Counted from the stretch's first letter, positions 23,801-30,338 are shown. The stretch is 64,000 nucleotides of DNA from Spirochaetaceae bacterium (GCA_051531975.1 JAOPTT010000003.1:32001-96000), one strand, 5' to 3'. The notes: generated from the sequence alone by a model not told the origin. Numbers and translations are program-made.

Positions 23801-25472
23801 CTGTGATAACATCGATAAGCAATACATTATATGTACCAGCCCCACCTTCATAACTTATTGTAGAGACCGCTCCTTGTGTTCCATTAATTACAGCTGTTCC
23901 AACTGTTGCTCCTGAATTAAAATATGTTCCAATTAATTCAGTAGGAATTTTAATACGAATGTCATTTCCAGTTGTAATATTTCCAGCTTCATTTTCTAAA
24001 ATAGTAACGTCTGAAATACCAGTAGTTGTTGATATATCAAGAGTACTATTTGTAATTGAGCTAATTGTAGGAGCTGTAAAAGCAGAGAAAACAATAGTAT
24101 CAGATTCATTTGGAAGAAAATTTACTAGGTTTGTAGATCCAGAAGTACCATCGGTAGTTAATACTATTGTAGCAATTTCAGCTTCAGCATCTGTAATCAT
24201 AAAAGTAGCCATACCATCAGAATCTGTAGTTATGAGTGTTGCACTACCCATATCCTGATCATATGTTCCCGGTGTTACTGAATCTGTGTATATAGTAGGT
24301 ACATCATCAGGCCCTCCAATAAGGTCCGAACCTGTAAGAGAAACATATACATTCCGAATATATGTCGCAGGATCACCTGCAGAATCAACTAACTGTAATG
24401 AGACCATTTCACCAATAGCACCAATTTTTGATAAACCATCCTCTAGCGTAATGATGACATGATCAGGAGGTGTTGGTTCATATGGAGAAGCATATATTCT
24501 TTGAAACTCTGTAGTACTTCCATCTAGGGTTACATAAACCTGACTTGTGTTTATACCATCTGCAGGTCCACCAACAGTTTCTTGTATATTTAAATTCCAA
24601 GTTCCATTTGTTTCAGCCCCAATAGAAAATGTGTGTAAAGATGGATATGCATTACCTGTAAAACCAGGATTTGTTGTAGCATTTGTAGTTGTTGCAGTTC
24701 CACCAGAAATGTCATATAAACTACAGGATTCAGCATTGTCAAAGTCGTGTAATTTTATTTCAATATCCCCAGTTGCTCCATCGGGAACAAAAGGATATAA
24801 ATCCCATGGGGTACCGGCTCTTTCTAATAAAGATAGAGTCCAAGCATATGCAAAACTCTTAATACTTGTAACACCTGTAGGTGTCCCAATATTATTATAG
24901 GAAGCATCTAGTCTAAATGCATTTTTATCCGTACTAGCGTAATACGCTGTAACTTTAAAATAGTACTTATTACCAATTTTTTCACCTTGGGTTACATTAA
25001 CAGGATTAAAATATACCCAAGACTCGTCATATGTTGCCCCTGTATCAACTTGTAAACCTGTAGTTTCAGAATCTAGAAATGCATTTCCACCAGCATTTCC
25101 ATCAATTAAAGAGAGTTCACTTCCTGTATACGCACTAGTTGCATCAACTATATCTAATTTTGCATTTGCACCTGTTATAGCTCCTGTACCACCAATTAAA
25201 GAGTAACTCCAATATCCAGCGGTTCCTGTTTCAGGGTCAGCATCAGTTTGACTATTATCAACACCAGGATCCTTTACAGCAAAATATATGTCCCCGGTTA
25301 CAGTTTCAGGGACCTCAAAAAACACAACCATATAGGGGTCATTATCACCATTACCAGGACCATTTGTTGTTGCCAAAAAATTACCACTTTCCGCAGGCAG
25401 AGCACTTTGAGAAAAAGCACAAACAGAGATCGTAAACAGCAGAGTTAAAATTAAGAGTTTAATATTTTTCAT
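8829..25472 (-). CDS. Giant (~5,550 aa) secreted/surface repetitive protein, probable beta-helical adhesin-like, with C-terminal FlgD-Ig-like domain
   Basis: One uninterrupted ORF with signal peptide MKNIKLLILTLLFTISVCAFS (ATG 25472). T/G/N/D/I-rich, with six W-x-G...W...NW modules. It ends in NNVINP...YQWDGKNNSGKAVARGIYFIKV...RKVLIVK. Confidence 0.85.
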   Translation of the reverse strand: MKNIKLLILTLLFTISVCAFSQSALPAESGNFLATTNGPGNGDNDPYMVVFFEVPETVTGDIYFAVKDPGVDNSQTDADPETGTAGYWSYSLIGGTGAITGANAKLDIVDATSAYTGSELSLIDGNAGGNAFLDSETTGLQVDTGATYDESWVYFNPVNVTQGEKIGNKYYFKVTAYYASTDKNAFRLDASYNNIGTPTGVTSIKSFAYAWTLSLLERAGTPWDLYPFVPDGATGDIEIKLHDFDNAESCSLYDISGGTATTTNATTNPGFTGNAYPSLHTFSIGAETNGTWNLNIQETVGGPADGINTSQVYVTLDGSTTEFQRIYASPYEPTPPDHVIITLEDGLSKIGAIGEMVSLQLVDSAGDPATYIRNVYVSLTGSDLIGGPDDVPTIYTDSVTPGTYDQDMGSATLITTDSDGMATFMITDAEAEIATIVLTTDGTSGSTNLVNFLPNESDTIVFSAFTAPTISSITNSTLDISTTTGISDVTILENEAGNITTGNDIRIKIPTELIGTYFNSGATVGTAVINGTQGAVSTISYEGGAGTYNVLLIDVITADFDDGRLLTIDGIELISSTVEASGKLLVSVDGGTTYSLLDDKVITIVDPSTNIWYGSVDTDWDTIGNWSLGSVPVAAQNIIIPSTTNNPILATDTPNLKSLEIRTGAILDTAGNSLNVVYTTSGTGKVSGGGSIVSSGGNLTLYELDSLGILDISGGNLFLGFDSTVDNLVFSNISLSPTQNLTVGSAEFDTVTLNVQPAKEFLITGSLTLTGGDSTVNADNALLSINSTVGSIFEVNLNNGSDIDITGNGSSSIITTLNGSTGSNLDIGIANFNVGTINSIDLINSSGGDLTISTSGNVNIAGSYGLIDVASPILSLSGDVSIAGDFTFEAFTNNGYEVSFTGTTTLTSTSTPVFDDVLILGSLTLASPITLEADWNQSGTFIHGSQVVTIDNDRIITNISGESTFFSLICVQQDKTIIFEAGKTQTIFSNLQLQSNNGTKQITLKSSLAGNSWGLDTGASTVTTRNLFITDSTSTIALSADTVGGSQSVDGGNNINWTGFTTMNNWTGAVDSEWSTVGNWSTNVVPIAGASVNDKVRIPSGLVNYPILTGNEAAYSVFINEGAILDLAGNDLAIEAAGTLINQGTIRLSLGSTINMIDERAGTVEFYGVGAISTLMWGNNKFYNIIMSGSGVLSSHVNNLDIRGSLDIQSGSFDIPDTFNLKIAGDISSYSPTAITTTTNSEIQFNADLTIQDNMEFQNINILTGVLTLNSPISISGNFVNSSDFESNGNKVTLNGTTDISVNVTAFDDLEISAGSTLILSTGIEVGGDWITSPTSVFTPGANYVEFIDGTKSSTIYGDNSFDFLTCITPGKSLIFESAKTQTIGTLTLNGSESGFITLSPSSFDKFILDSTTSVVDYISVSNSTISQDIDAGYHSVNGGGNELVGPPKWTFHRDIYEWTGGTNTNWNLLTNWEMTSDRLNPTVPPTSSDWVMIPGGLTNYPNITSGNIEVKNLNISSGATVEISGTTVLNPDNFNNEGTLKISDSALTIVNDIDSGTVEYSDSSDMDIRDFGTTDYFNLKLSGSGTKTILSGLTVAGEINISDGILDSNGNDINIYGDWSQGSGASFTTGTNKVYFQGNSTIQNDVTFYNIEVSNGATLSLAGDIIVYSIDLLGTVNGGTSTLAVKKDWNNTSGTFNRDTGIVEFLDDAEISVISGNTVFNILRSIDTANTPDKILEFTTGTTQSFYDLDIDGDAIGTRIVLRGTANADWNFKNLKGSVAQVSYVSIFYGQVDDLGSDINASDSIFDANTDETLSGTPIGSVHWIDVTPVILTWEGDDGGDSTNWDVAANWDNNQVPTIIDTVIITTAGTPPVLTSNSITNNLTILAGATLDTSTFDLEIDGSLDIQATGTLVRSGVASQNISKTDIDSGTVEYGGTTTIQDYSGVDYFNLVINGVTVTAADNLDIAGDLTLTAGIFTHGSKTISFSGGLDSTITGAFTFYDLDINKDTSIDQVNLSSDIVIDNDLFLNQGILDFGTTSNSIKNDLNLNSGSLSAGSGILTLSGSFNNNGGTFTAQTGEVSIDDISKTTVITGSNTFNVLSSVTDDKTIRFTAGATQTITTLTITGSTNKIDLFSTIPGSSWNMSVTSASINNMNLQDSFLLGGNDITVSDTDCNDISNNKTTGTNPLWVFVSTFTWTGGGAAGLWSDIANWDTGVVPNNATYDVLIPTTPAGNATNWPELLASGLTLDELTIETGAILDFNGADLALTTLNLNAGGEIRLNGDETYTATTTTLAGSVVYYGFANAGVTIATSLPLGYTYYDLEFQDTTGFNDIWELGNNLVLNAGGTLTITSGVLDLKGFNLTSPTVIQSANGGIMLEGSETYTVTTSTLSGTTTYYGTVGVNILTGLNLGNAYTNLTFTGDDTFRLGADLAITGDMVITTAELESLDFSISITGDLTGTGTLDTVAMVTGTKSLNIDGDISLSSLINPAFSAGGFTVAGDWNVTNYTYTGETLTLDGTTTPTSITSNGQSLGNILISKSANTDIVNILDPIVNAGNVTITAGNLNTGDNSTAISGYLTGAGIFDSSSITGANKLNIDSYVTIDNFVSTNTGVAVDGFTVAGNWDVANYTSTGGTLEFDGGTDTTITSNGQALANIQIAKDLIGDTVTLLDTLVSAGNVTIVQGTFITGDFSTAITGILSGAGIFNSSAMTTGQQLNIDGNVTVDNFVSTNTGVTADGFTVAGNWDVANYTSTGGTLEFDGAANTTIMSNGQGLGNIQISKDLNVDTVTLLDPLVNVGNLTIPVGTFITDNFSTAITGNLTGAGIFDSSGITGANILNIDGNVTVTNFTSPNTGVSITGFTVAGDFNVTTYTSTGGTLTFDGAADTIFTTNAHTYGVININKDTTADILTLTGVLTSGAITLTQGVLNADTNNADITAAGFEVPSEANAQFIGTNQTITLTGGNLKSIELFNLLVTGAVTITGDSTTAGSFSQTGGTLTTGVFNLILGGASNTLTGGTITIPTTGTIDSGVNDFTVSTLGSLILSGGSLTGADLFISNTSGTASILSSTAASTISAANIDYTGAFGTIDIDDISFDISSSWDDSAFSGTWTAPTTSGDITFTTDPGTLTSKALHDLYNIIVDDGVTLTMLASTGITVNNVTVGPTATATLITGDNLLTIGGNLTGTGVFNSSAITGVNKLNIDGNVTVNDFTSPNTGVAIDGFTVAGDLNVTNYTSTGGTLTFDGAVDITFTTNAHIYGVININKDTTADILTLTGDLTSGAITLTQGVFNADTNNANITAAGFEVPVEANAQFIGTNQTITLTGGNLKSIELFNLLVTGAITMTGDSTTTGSFSLTGGSLTTGVFALTLGGVSNTLTGGIITLPTTGSINSGVNDLTISTLGRLILSGGSLTCADLFISNTSGAASILSSTVASTISAANIDFTGAFGTIDIDDISFDISNSWDDSGFSGAWIAPTTSGTMTYTTISGTLTSATGHTLFDIDVDDGVTLTLQPSTGIVVNNVTIGTALTTAELDTVNVDISIAGDLTGTGTLTSGINTVTVAGDWGIATHTPHGTATNGIIDLTGTSAINSAGTQTFNTLNISGAITLSAAIIILNDINISGNLTDGTQDITVARNWNNTGTFTASTGTVFLNSTTTANITGSNTFNALTSTTGSKTITFEAGSTQTVATLTINGSAGNLITLESSIPGTKWNIDNTGTNSVTFISVSDSDITGTVNINAGNNSLNSGNNDITGAAGYWIFTVTTITWDGSTDSNWEDASNWTPQSVPTFSNNVVIGDVTTDPVLTTDAFVNNLTLNNVNSALTIAGNVLTINNTLDNLGTFIRTGAGGESITKTDINSGIVRYITGAGAIEDYGGGTDYYNLEVLSGTKTLGTATIIANDLTVDGTLTQNATIDVINNVTINGTGTINQNADLTIGEDIVIDGILTPGAVTVNLTSATADITGTGTATFGTLNVTGTTTLGDNITVNTDLTGTGILIAANNTINLGGSWTIQNFTHDTSTVIFNSTQTITTGADFEFYNLSSTGGTTLTVDENLTVQGNLSINNILALDADNLELYGNNLLTGTVTGTTGNINVHQTPLTSSFIDFNNATTADLFFTGNVVLSNNFTTSTAGNITFSGTVTGASNLSVSSSAGNITFTNNLNINNLTVPTVSGDILFSGNIVSQDLTLLSTTGDITFNGSVDTDDLDVTASGVGKTVTFAGVLTNIGINSAASVPLSIDADNIIFQANVGIETTTALATITGAVDIQGITITSGSDLTFTEDITLSSSAVSIDTSGSNRDLTFGSTINGGFAFVVNAGTGYVDFNGIIGGTTALTSVTVDSSRADLSGVTGITGNFDINTPVANGIILLEGALYNVTGIVTLDAGDQTTTGGLFIDNSTLAKTFTTGNMTTVGTTYIYGIENLTFTNSALTFNDVHLFLDGDTISINNDITLDNLVLYGGIIDLNGNNLTVNMDMVLLGAGYNIDDGTTGVVGAFAYNHADRVATINTGLLTDFISGYNPGFVFPGAYSGAYTNLDSSVISVTNNFYNNGTDMSATANWNLNIPNNDNATTAFAEAYNMNVQWGTANFNIASLISVIPDVNSSNWEITEPDFDLTATGLKTMYDDVILINLVSGAFENSNNEISAALATGLIGVFDNAINTGDLASYTDPECTITTDGAGDIALFYLRVENSPTYRWNTDATGLSAGTGTDRGRSGVAAVTRTTIPNLVASSNSLTVFYTLIDTNKNRVKHYPIGSKITGILDGAKPAITQILASTHATGTADTFDGHNYFDITFSEDVSYDVSGGPFSTFPVVNSRSSGYAFGTYGGDLGYIEENGANVDVVGLFSYPGNYSSGSFDGTANSNTIYSTAANQLRINVVAYQNTGIWPGYLGSIATNIDTYNKITSPSALFHRNNFNLEQVDLLAEQTDAELITQLTDGSTRVITVPGNADITDSAGNSLESSTPNYDAYYKTPGFIGGTGWDVFPPYFSKQVLENGDITEVYEIYYLDYNLIVGNRIVDEINFHVLDDHIMQPFWISWTGWDKGTPTTATRPDPIGGLRENTFMGNSGAYAMGVIGDASRISTPILGMNTAVDTYMLKTPAPVSTLINSPDDNYFSLQIDESQNWLLKSLMNLTYDSSVGRATDYAGNLMPSSNNSLDAFQWIPPEILLSLSIVDDRTVYLQYTKDIYTNSPTIPIRTGITKDSYSLAYSEGNSIENVLAIKGTATDTVGKSEFLLTFANPITANDMVTARLVTNTLTIFDKYGTETGPDERRLTDLGLGLVTPAYGNDSLHYDGRLRNEDGSLKDFDGTGRLIPEDIVIGTEINGSNNQSLGLTLLYDIDTDLSAAIDYDTTDSVYNPGLWLPDNMVGTYIYTTLNLRELSTSGSDGDYKLFSVDNLDNELEVGGTFQFIYKLAAAEDLYCVALPEGGSYLTDLVPWEFDLDSLKTQRGGVTIVNNVINPLDDQKTEIYVEQDKPGMSTISVFSLDGTVITNLQKGRLSAGTYRYQWDGKNNSGKAVARGIYFIKVIAPDINESRKVLIVK
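14900..18150 (-). repeat. Intragenic tandem duplications with 363-nt and 1089-nt periods
   Basis: Homologous anchors at 16838/17201/17564 and 17155/17518/17881 are 363 nt apart. Anchors at 15091/16180, 15512/16601 and 15749/16838 are 1089 nt apart. Outer boundaries are approximate. Confidence 0.85.
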
Positions 25473-25544
25473 ATTACCTATAACTATTATCGTTGGTTTT
25501 CCCAATATCATCAACTTAACTTTTATATTAAAACTATTAAAACG

Positions 25545-25573
25545 TTGAAACCATAAACAAAAACAGATATTAT
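25545..25573 (+). promoter_or_regulatory. sigma70-type promoter upstream of the repeat array and aroA
   Basis: TTGAAA (25545-25550), 17 bp, TATTAT (25568-25573). Confidence 0.6.
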
Positions 25574-25584
25574 ATTTTCAAACT

Positions 25585-25752
25585 AGGCTGGTCGTAATAG
25601 AAAATTACTGCTCGCCTATGCAACCAAGGCTGGTCGTAATAGAAAATTACTGCTCGCCTATGCAACCAAGGCTGGTCGTAATAGAAAATTACTGCTCGCC
25701 AATGCAACCAAGGCTGGTCGTAATAGAAAATTACTGCTCGCCAATGCAACCA
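25585..25752 (+). repeat. Four tandem 42-bp repeats, each able to form a hairpin
   Basis: Unit AGGCTGGTCGTAATAGAAAATTACTGCTCGCCWATGCAACCA starts at 25585, 25627, 25669 and 25711. W is T in units 1-2 and A in units 3-4. There are no spacers. Confidence 0.97.
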
Positions 25753-25767
25753 TGGGAGAGATAAATT

Positions 25768-27015
25768 ATGAAAGTTGAAGTTTCTAAGGGAAAGTTAGCA
25801 GGGGAAATAAGAATTCCAGCATCTAAATCCCATACAATAAGAGCACTACTAATTGCTACATTAGCAGAAGGTGAAAGTATTATATCCTATCCATTAATCT
25901 CTTCTGATACTAAAGCTTGTAAAGATGCATGTAAAGCCATGGGTGCACATATAAAAGAGACAGAGACATCATGGATAATTACTGGAACTGCTGGAAAATT
26001 AACTAAACCTTCAGGTCCTATTAATGTAGGAAACTCAGGAACTACACTATACTTAGCAGCAGCAGTTGCAGCATTAGCAGACTTCCCAATTACATTTACA
26101 GGAGACTACCAAATTCAGCGTAGATCAGCAGCTAACTTATTAGATAGTTTACAAGATTTAGGTGTAAAAATAGAGTCAAACAAAGGTTGTGCACCATTTA
26201 CAATTACTGGACCAATAAAAGGTGGAACTACTACTATAAAGTGTCCCACTAGTCAATATTTATCAGCTTTATTACTTGCAGCTCCTTTAGCAAAAGGTAA
26301 AACAGAAATTAATATACCCTTACTTCATGAAAAACCATATGCTGAAATGACTGTTCGATGGATGGAAGAACAAGGAATTACAATAGATGACTCAGATTAT
26401 AGCCACTTTGAAATTGAGGGTGGAAAAAAATATAACAATTTTAATAGACCAATTCCTGCAGACTTCTCATCATCTGCATTCTTTTTTACAGCAGCAGCAG
26501 TTACAGGTTGTACTTTAACTCTACAAGGCCTAGATATGTCTGACTCCCAAGGAGATAAGGCAATAGTTGAATACATGGAAAAATTAGGATGTGAGATTAA
26601 TATTGATGGAGAGAATATGACTATAATAGGGAAACCTATGACAGGATGTGATCTTGATATTAATGCAACACCAGACGCACTTCCAGCCCTAGCAGCTGTG
26701 GCATGTTATGCAAAAGGCACAACAAGACTATTAAATGTTCCCCAAGCTAGAATGAAAGAGACAGATAGAATCGATGTAATGACTAAAGAACTCAGAAAAA
26801 TGGGCGCTATAATAGTTGAGCAGGAAGATGGAATGGAAATTACAGGGACACCATTAACAGGAGCTGTTGTAAGTGGCCACGACGACCACCGAATTGTTAT
26901 GGCACTAGCTATTGCAGCACTTGGTTGTACAGGTGTAAACAATATTGATACTGCAGAAGCAGTTGATATTACATTCCCTGGATTTTTTGAACACCTTACA
27001 CGATTAACAATATAA
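25768..27015 (+). CDS. aroA: 3-phosphoshikimate 1-carboxyvinyltransferase (EPSP synthase)
   Basis: PASKSHTIR, NVGNSGTT, SQYLSALL, PADFSS, RMKETDRI, DDHRIVMA and ITFPGF. Confidence 0.96.
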   Translation: MKVEVSKGKLAGEIRIPASKSHTIRALLIATLAEGESIISYPLISSDTKACKDACKAMGAHIKETETSWIITGTAGKLTKPSGPINVGNSGTTLYLAAAVAALADFPITFTGDYQIQRRSAANLLDSLQDLGVKIESNKGCAPFTITGPIKGGTTTIKCPTSQYLSALLLAAPLAKGKTEINIPLLHEKPYAEMTVRWMEEQGITIDDSDYSHFEIEGGKKYNNFNRPIPADFSSSAFFFTAAAVTGCTLTLQGLDMSDSQGDKAIVEYMEKLGCEINIDGENMTIIGKPMTGCDLDINATPDALPALAAVACYAKGTTRLLNVPQARMKETDRIDVMTKELRKMGAIIVEQEDGMEITGTPLTGAVVSGHDDHRIVMALAIAALGCTGVNNIDTAEAVDITFPGFFEHLTRLTI

Positions 27016-27036
27016 ATAAAAAAGAAGGATATAAAA

Positions 27037-28068
27037 ATGAGAATCTACGACCTAAGAAGCGATACTATAACTAAACCATCAGAAGAAATGAGAAAAGCAA
27101 TGTATATCGCCGAAGTTGGAGATGATGTATATGGAGAAGACCCATCTATTAATAGATTACAAGAAATCTCCAATAAACTAACAGGTAAAAAAGCATCTCT
27201 ATTTGTTTCAAGTGGTTCTATGGCTAACCTTATTGCACTTTATATCAATGGTGGTCGTGGAAAAGATGTTTTAATGCATAAAGATGCCCACTCTCTTAAC
27301 CATGAATTAGGCGCTCCATCTGCAATTGCTGGGATAAACCCAATAGGTGTTCCAGGAGAGAGAGGAATATTACGCTCTGATATATTAGAAGATTATGTAA
27401 ACCCAAAAAATGGAGATTATCACGATGCAAAAACATCGATGATTATTATAGAAAATAGCCATAACTTTGCTGGTGGAACTTGTTATTATAAAGAAAATCT
27501 AAAAGATGTTCATGGATTTGTCCGAAAATATGGTCTTAAAATGCATATAGATGGTGCTAGAATATTTAATGCAGCAATTGCTACAGATATGAGTGTAAAA
27601 GAGATTTGCTCATATGCCGATACGGTATCATTTTGTCTGGCTAAAGGTCTTGGAGCCCCAGTTGGTGCAATATTATCTGGTAGCAAAGATTTTATAGAAG
27701 AAGCTAAGATGGTTAGAAAGATGTTAGGTGGTGGAACTAGACAAGCTGGTATTGTTGCCGCAGGTGGAATATACGCCCTAGAGAATAACGTTGATAGAAT
27801 TATTCAAGATCATATTAATGCTAAAACTTTAGCTACAACACTAAGTAAAAAGAGTTGGGCAAAAGTTGACCCATCTAAAATTGAGACAAACATTATATTC
27901 TTCGAAACCATAGGGATATCAGCTCGGAGATTAGAAGGTAAATTTTCTAGACGTGGGATAAAATGTTTTGCAACAGCAACAAATACAGTACGGTTTGTAA
28001 CAAGTATGGAACAGAATAAACAAGATATTAACTCTATATGTGGAATTATAAACGCCTTAAAAATATAG
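27037..28068 (+). CDS. ltaE: Low-specificity L-threonine aldolase
   Basis: DLRSDTIT, VGDDVYGEDP, SGSMAN, HIDGARIFNA and CLAKGLGAPVG. Confidence 0.93.
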   Translation: MRIYDLRSDTITKPSEEMRKAMYIAEVGDDVYGEDPSINRLQEISNKLTGKKASLFVSSGSMANLIALYINGGRGKDVLMHKDAHSLNHELGAPSAIAGINPIGVPGERGILRSDILEDYVNPKNGDYHDAKTSMIIIENSHNFAGGTCYYKENLKDVHGFVRKYGLKMHIDGARIFNAAIATDMSVKEICSYADTVSFCLAKGLGAPVGAILSGSKDFIEEAKMVRKMLGGGTRQAGIVAAGGIYALENNVDRIIQDHINAKTLATTLSKKSWAKVDPSKIETNIIFFETIGISARRLEGKFSRRGIKCFATATNTVRFVTSMEQNKQDINSICGIINALKI

Positions 28069-28069
28069 A

Positions 28070-29383
28070 TTAAATGATTCTAGACTCTTTTATATGGTCT
28101 AGAAAATCCTGCCTTGTTACAATTCCTACAATTTTTTTATTTGTAACAACAGGAATATGCCCTATGTTTTTGCTAAAAAATGTCTTCTCAATCTCTCGAA
28201 CAGAAGAATCTACTTCAAAAATTTCTAACTTTCTAGCCATATAACTTTTTACAGGAGAGTGCATTAAGTTTGACATCCGCCCTTTACTAATATCTCTTAA
28301 AGTTATTACCCCAACAAGTTCATCATCACTATTAACAACAGGGCACCCAGTATGTTGTATCTGCTCTAAATAAATTGAGGCATCCATTAAAGAAGTATCC
28401 TGATTAATAGTATATACATCGGTGGTCATTAAAACCCCAGCTGATATAGAAGGAATTAGGGAGCATCTTAAATGCCAGATGAACTCATCAACAAAAGTTA
28501 CGTCTTTTACCTCTTTTATCTTTGCAGATGCAGCCATAACATGGCCACCTCCACCATAAGGTTTTAGAAGTTGGCTTATATTGATTCTCTCTTTTTGACT
28601 GCGCCCAATAATTAATGTCTGACTACCCTTTGCAATGGAAACAATTAAGAAAAATGCATCAGGATTTTCTACATCCATTATCTTTTCTACAACGGATCCA
28701 ATGCCTGGAAGTTGAGATGGGATCTCTATAAAAGAGAGTAAAATGTAATGACCAAGTATTTTTTTTACTTCTAGTTTGTTCATTACACTATGGAATATAT
28801 CTATTTGTGCATCCTCTTTCATGGATTGTAAGAATTTACGTACTATTTTAATTTCTGCACCCTGGGTAATTAACCAACTAGCAGCGTTAAAATCATCAGG
28901 GGTTACATTTTCGAAGTTAAAAGATCCAGTATCTCCATAAATTCCTGCTAAAGCAATAGTTGCATCTTCAGGGGTTATAGAGATATCCTGTTCTATTAAA
29001 TATTTAACCATTATAGAGACATTAGCCCCTAAGGGCTCAGTATTTAAAACTGCATCTTTTATATCGCAACAATCTGCTTCGTGATGATCGTAAATTACAA
29101 CCTCATCAACATCGTTAATTGTATAGTCTGCAAATTCAAAATACTCTTTAATACGGTTAGTAGTTCTTGTATCTACAACAACTACCTTTTCGATATTTTC
29201 ACCTCTAAGAGTTTTAGCTGAGTTAAAGTTTAGATGTTTATTATATAAATGAAGAACATTCTTAGCGACAGGGTGAACTAGCCTACTACGAATTATGGTA
29301 TAATCAGGATATAAATAACCAGCAAGTACCATGGAACCGATACAATCAAGATCCATATTTGAATGTCCAATAATTATGTTCAT
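28070..29383 (-). CDS. DHH/DHHA1 phosphoesterase with C-terminal CBS pair
   Basis: GHSNMDLDCIGS, YDHH, GDTG and GGGGH, followed by two CBS repeats. Confidence 0.87.
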   Translation of the reverse strand: MNIIIGHSNMDLDCIGSMVLAGYLYPDYTIIRSRLVHPVAKNVLHLYNKHLNFNSAKTLRGENIEKVVVVDTRTTNRIKEYFEFADYTINDVDEVVIYDHHEADCCDIKDAVLNTEPLGANVSIMVKYLIEQDISITPEDATIALAGIYGDTGSFNFENVTPDDFNAASWLITQGAEIKIVRKFLQSMKEDAQIDIFHSVMNKLEVKKILGHYILLSFIEIPSQLPGIGSVVEKIMDVENPDAFFLIVSIAKGSQTLIIGRSQKERINISQLLKPYGGGGHVMAASAKIKEVKDVTFVDEFIWHLRCSLIPSISAGVLMTTDVYTINQDTSLMDASIYLEQIQHTGCPVVNSDDELVGVITLRDISKGRMSNLMHSPVKSYMARKLEIFEVDSSVREIEKTFFSKNIGHIPVVTNKKIVGIVTRQDFLDHIKESRII

Positions 29384-29435
29384 TTCAACCTCTACAACTA
29401 ATATAAGTGCTTAATCTATCTTTGTCTAAGTTTTT

Positions 29436-30338
29436 TTATTTTCTGGTGATCTTATAACCTTTATCCCTTAAAATTGAGATAAGACTATCAGCTCCAACAA
29501 GGTGCCCAGCTCCTACAACCATAAAGTAGTTTTCACCAGAATCGATAAAACCATCTACTTGTTCTGCCCAGTTTAAATTTCTGTCCACAAGCAGGGTATT
29601 ATACATTTCTAGACTTTCTGGATCTTGAAACTCGTCTAAAAACAGATCGCTGAAAGTCTTTAAATCTCCTAATTTCCATGCAGTAAATAGTTCATTAATA
29701 CTATCTAATATCATATCAATCTCATCAACAACCTTTTTAAGTTCATATACCTGTTTCTCAATTGATGCAGAACTTATCATATCAATTTGTCCTTCTGCAC
29801 TTTCTAAGAAGTACTGTTTTAAACCTTCACTTTTGGCAATGGACATAAAGTGCTGATCAACGCCATTTTCAGGATCCATACCATCTGCCTGTAAAGTTAA
29901 TACAGTTAACATAGTAGATAAAAACCAAGGCTTTAGAACCTCTACACCACTATATGGAATACCAAATTTTGACAATGCATCATGTATTAACTTATCTCTA
30001 AAATCATCATCAATATAATTAGAGAGAGAATCGCCACCTGAAAACATAGCACGTTCCATAGTGTAGGCAAGAATAGAATCTTGATTCCCCTCACCAATAT
30101 CCGCCTCCATAACAAAGTTATCTGAGTTTTCGATAGCGGTATAATACTCTTTATTTAGGGGGTATAGATCTGGGGATGCGACATGAACAGAACCGGCAAT
30201 ATATATTGTGGAAGCTTCAGTTTTAAGCTCCCACAAGAACATTGTTCCATTATCGATAGATTCTTTATTCTCTGCAGTTTTACAGGAGAATACTAATAAT
30301 AATAACAAACTAACTAATACAATTTTTCCTTTTATCAT
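29436..30338 (-). CDS. TraB/GumN family lipoprotein
   Basis: Lipobox-like LVFSC, YIAGSVH, GVD, LES, DRNLNW and VVGAGHL. Confidence 0.88.
   Translation of the reverse strand: MIKGKIVLVSLLLLLVFSCKTAENKESIDNGTMFLWELKTEASTIYIAGSVHVASPDLYPLNKEYYTAIENSDNFVMEADIGEGNQDSILAYTMERAMFSGGDSLSNYIDDDFRDKLIHDALSKFGIPYSGVEVLKPWFLSTMLTVLTLQADGMDPENGVDQHFMSIAKSEGLKQYFLESAEGQIDMISSASIEKQVYELKKVVDEIDMILDSINELFTAWKLGDLKTFSDLFLDEFQDPESLEMYNTLLVDRNLNWAEQVDGFIDSGENYFMVVGAGHLVGADSLISILRDKGYKITRK

Noticed and set aside
11440..25448. Many plus-strand ORFs (60-258 aa) inside the giant gene
   Set aside because: These are antisense shadows produced by the codon bias of the Thr/Gly/Asn-rich gene. They have no RBS or family motifs.
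25585..25752. CRISPR array interpretation of the 42-bp repeats
   Set aside because: Units are head-to-tail with no unique spacers, and there are no cas genes in the window.
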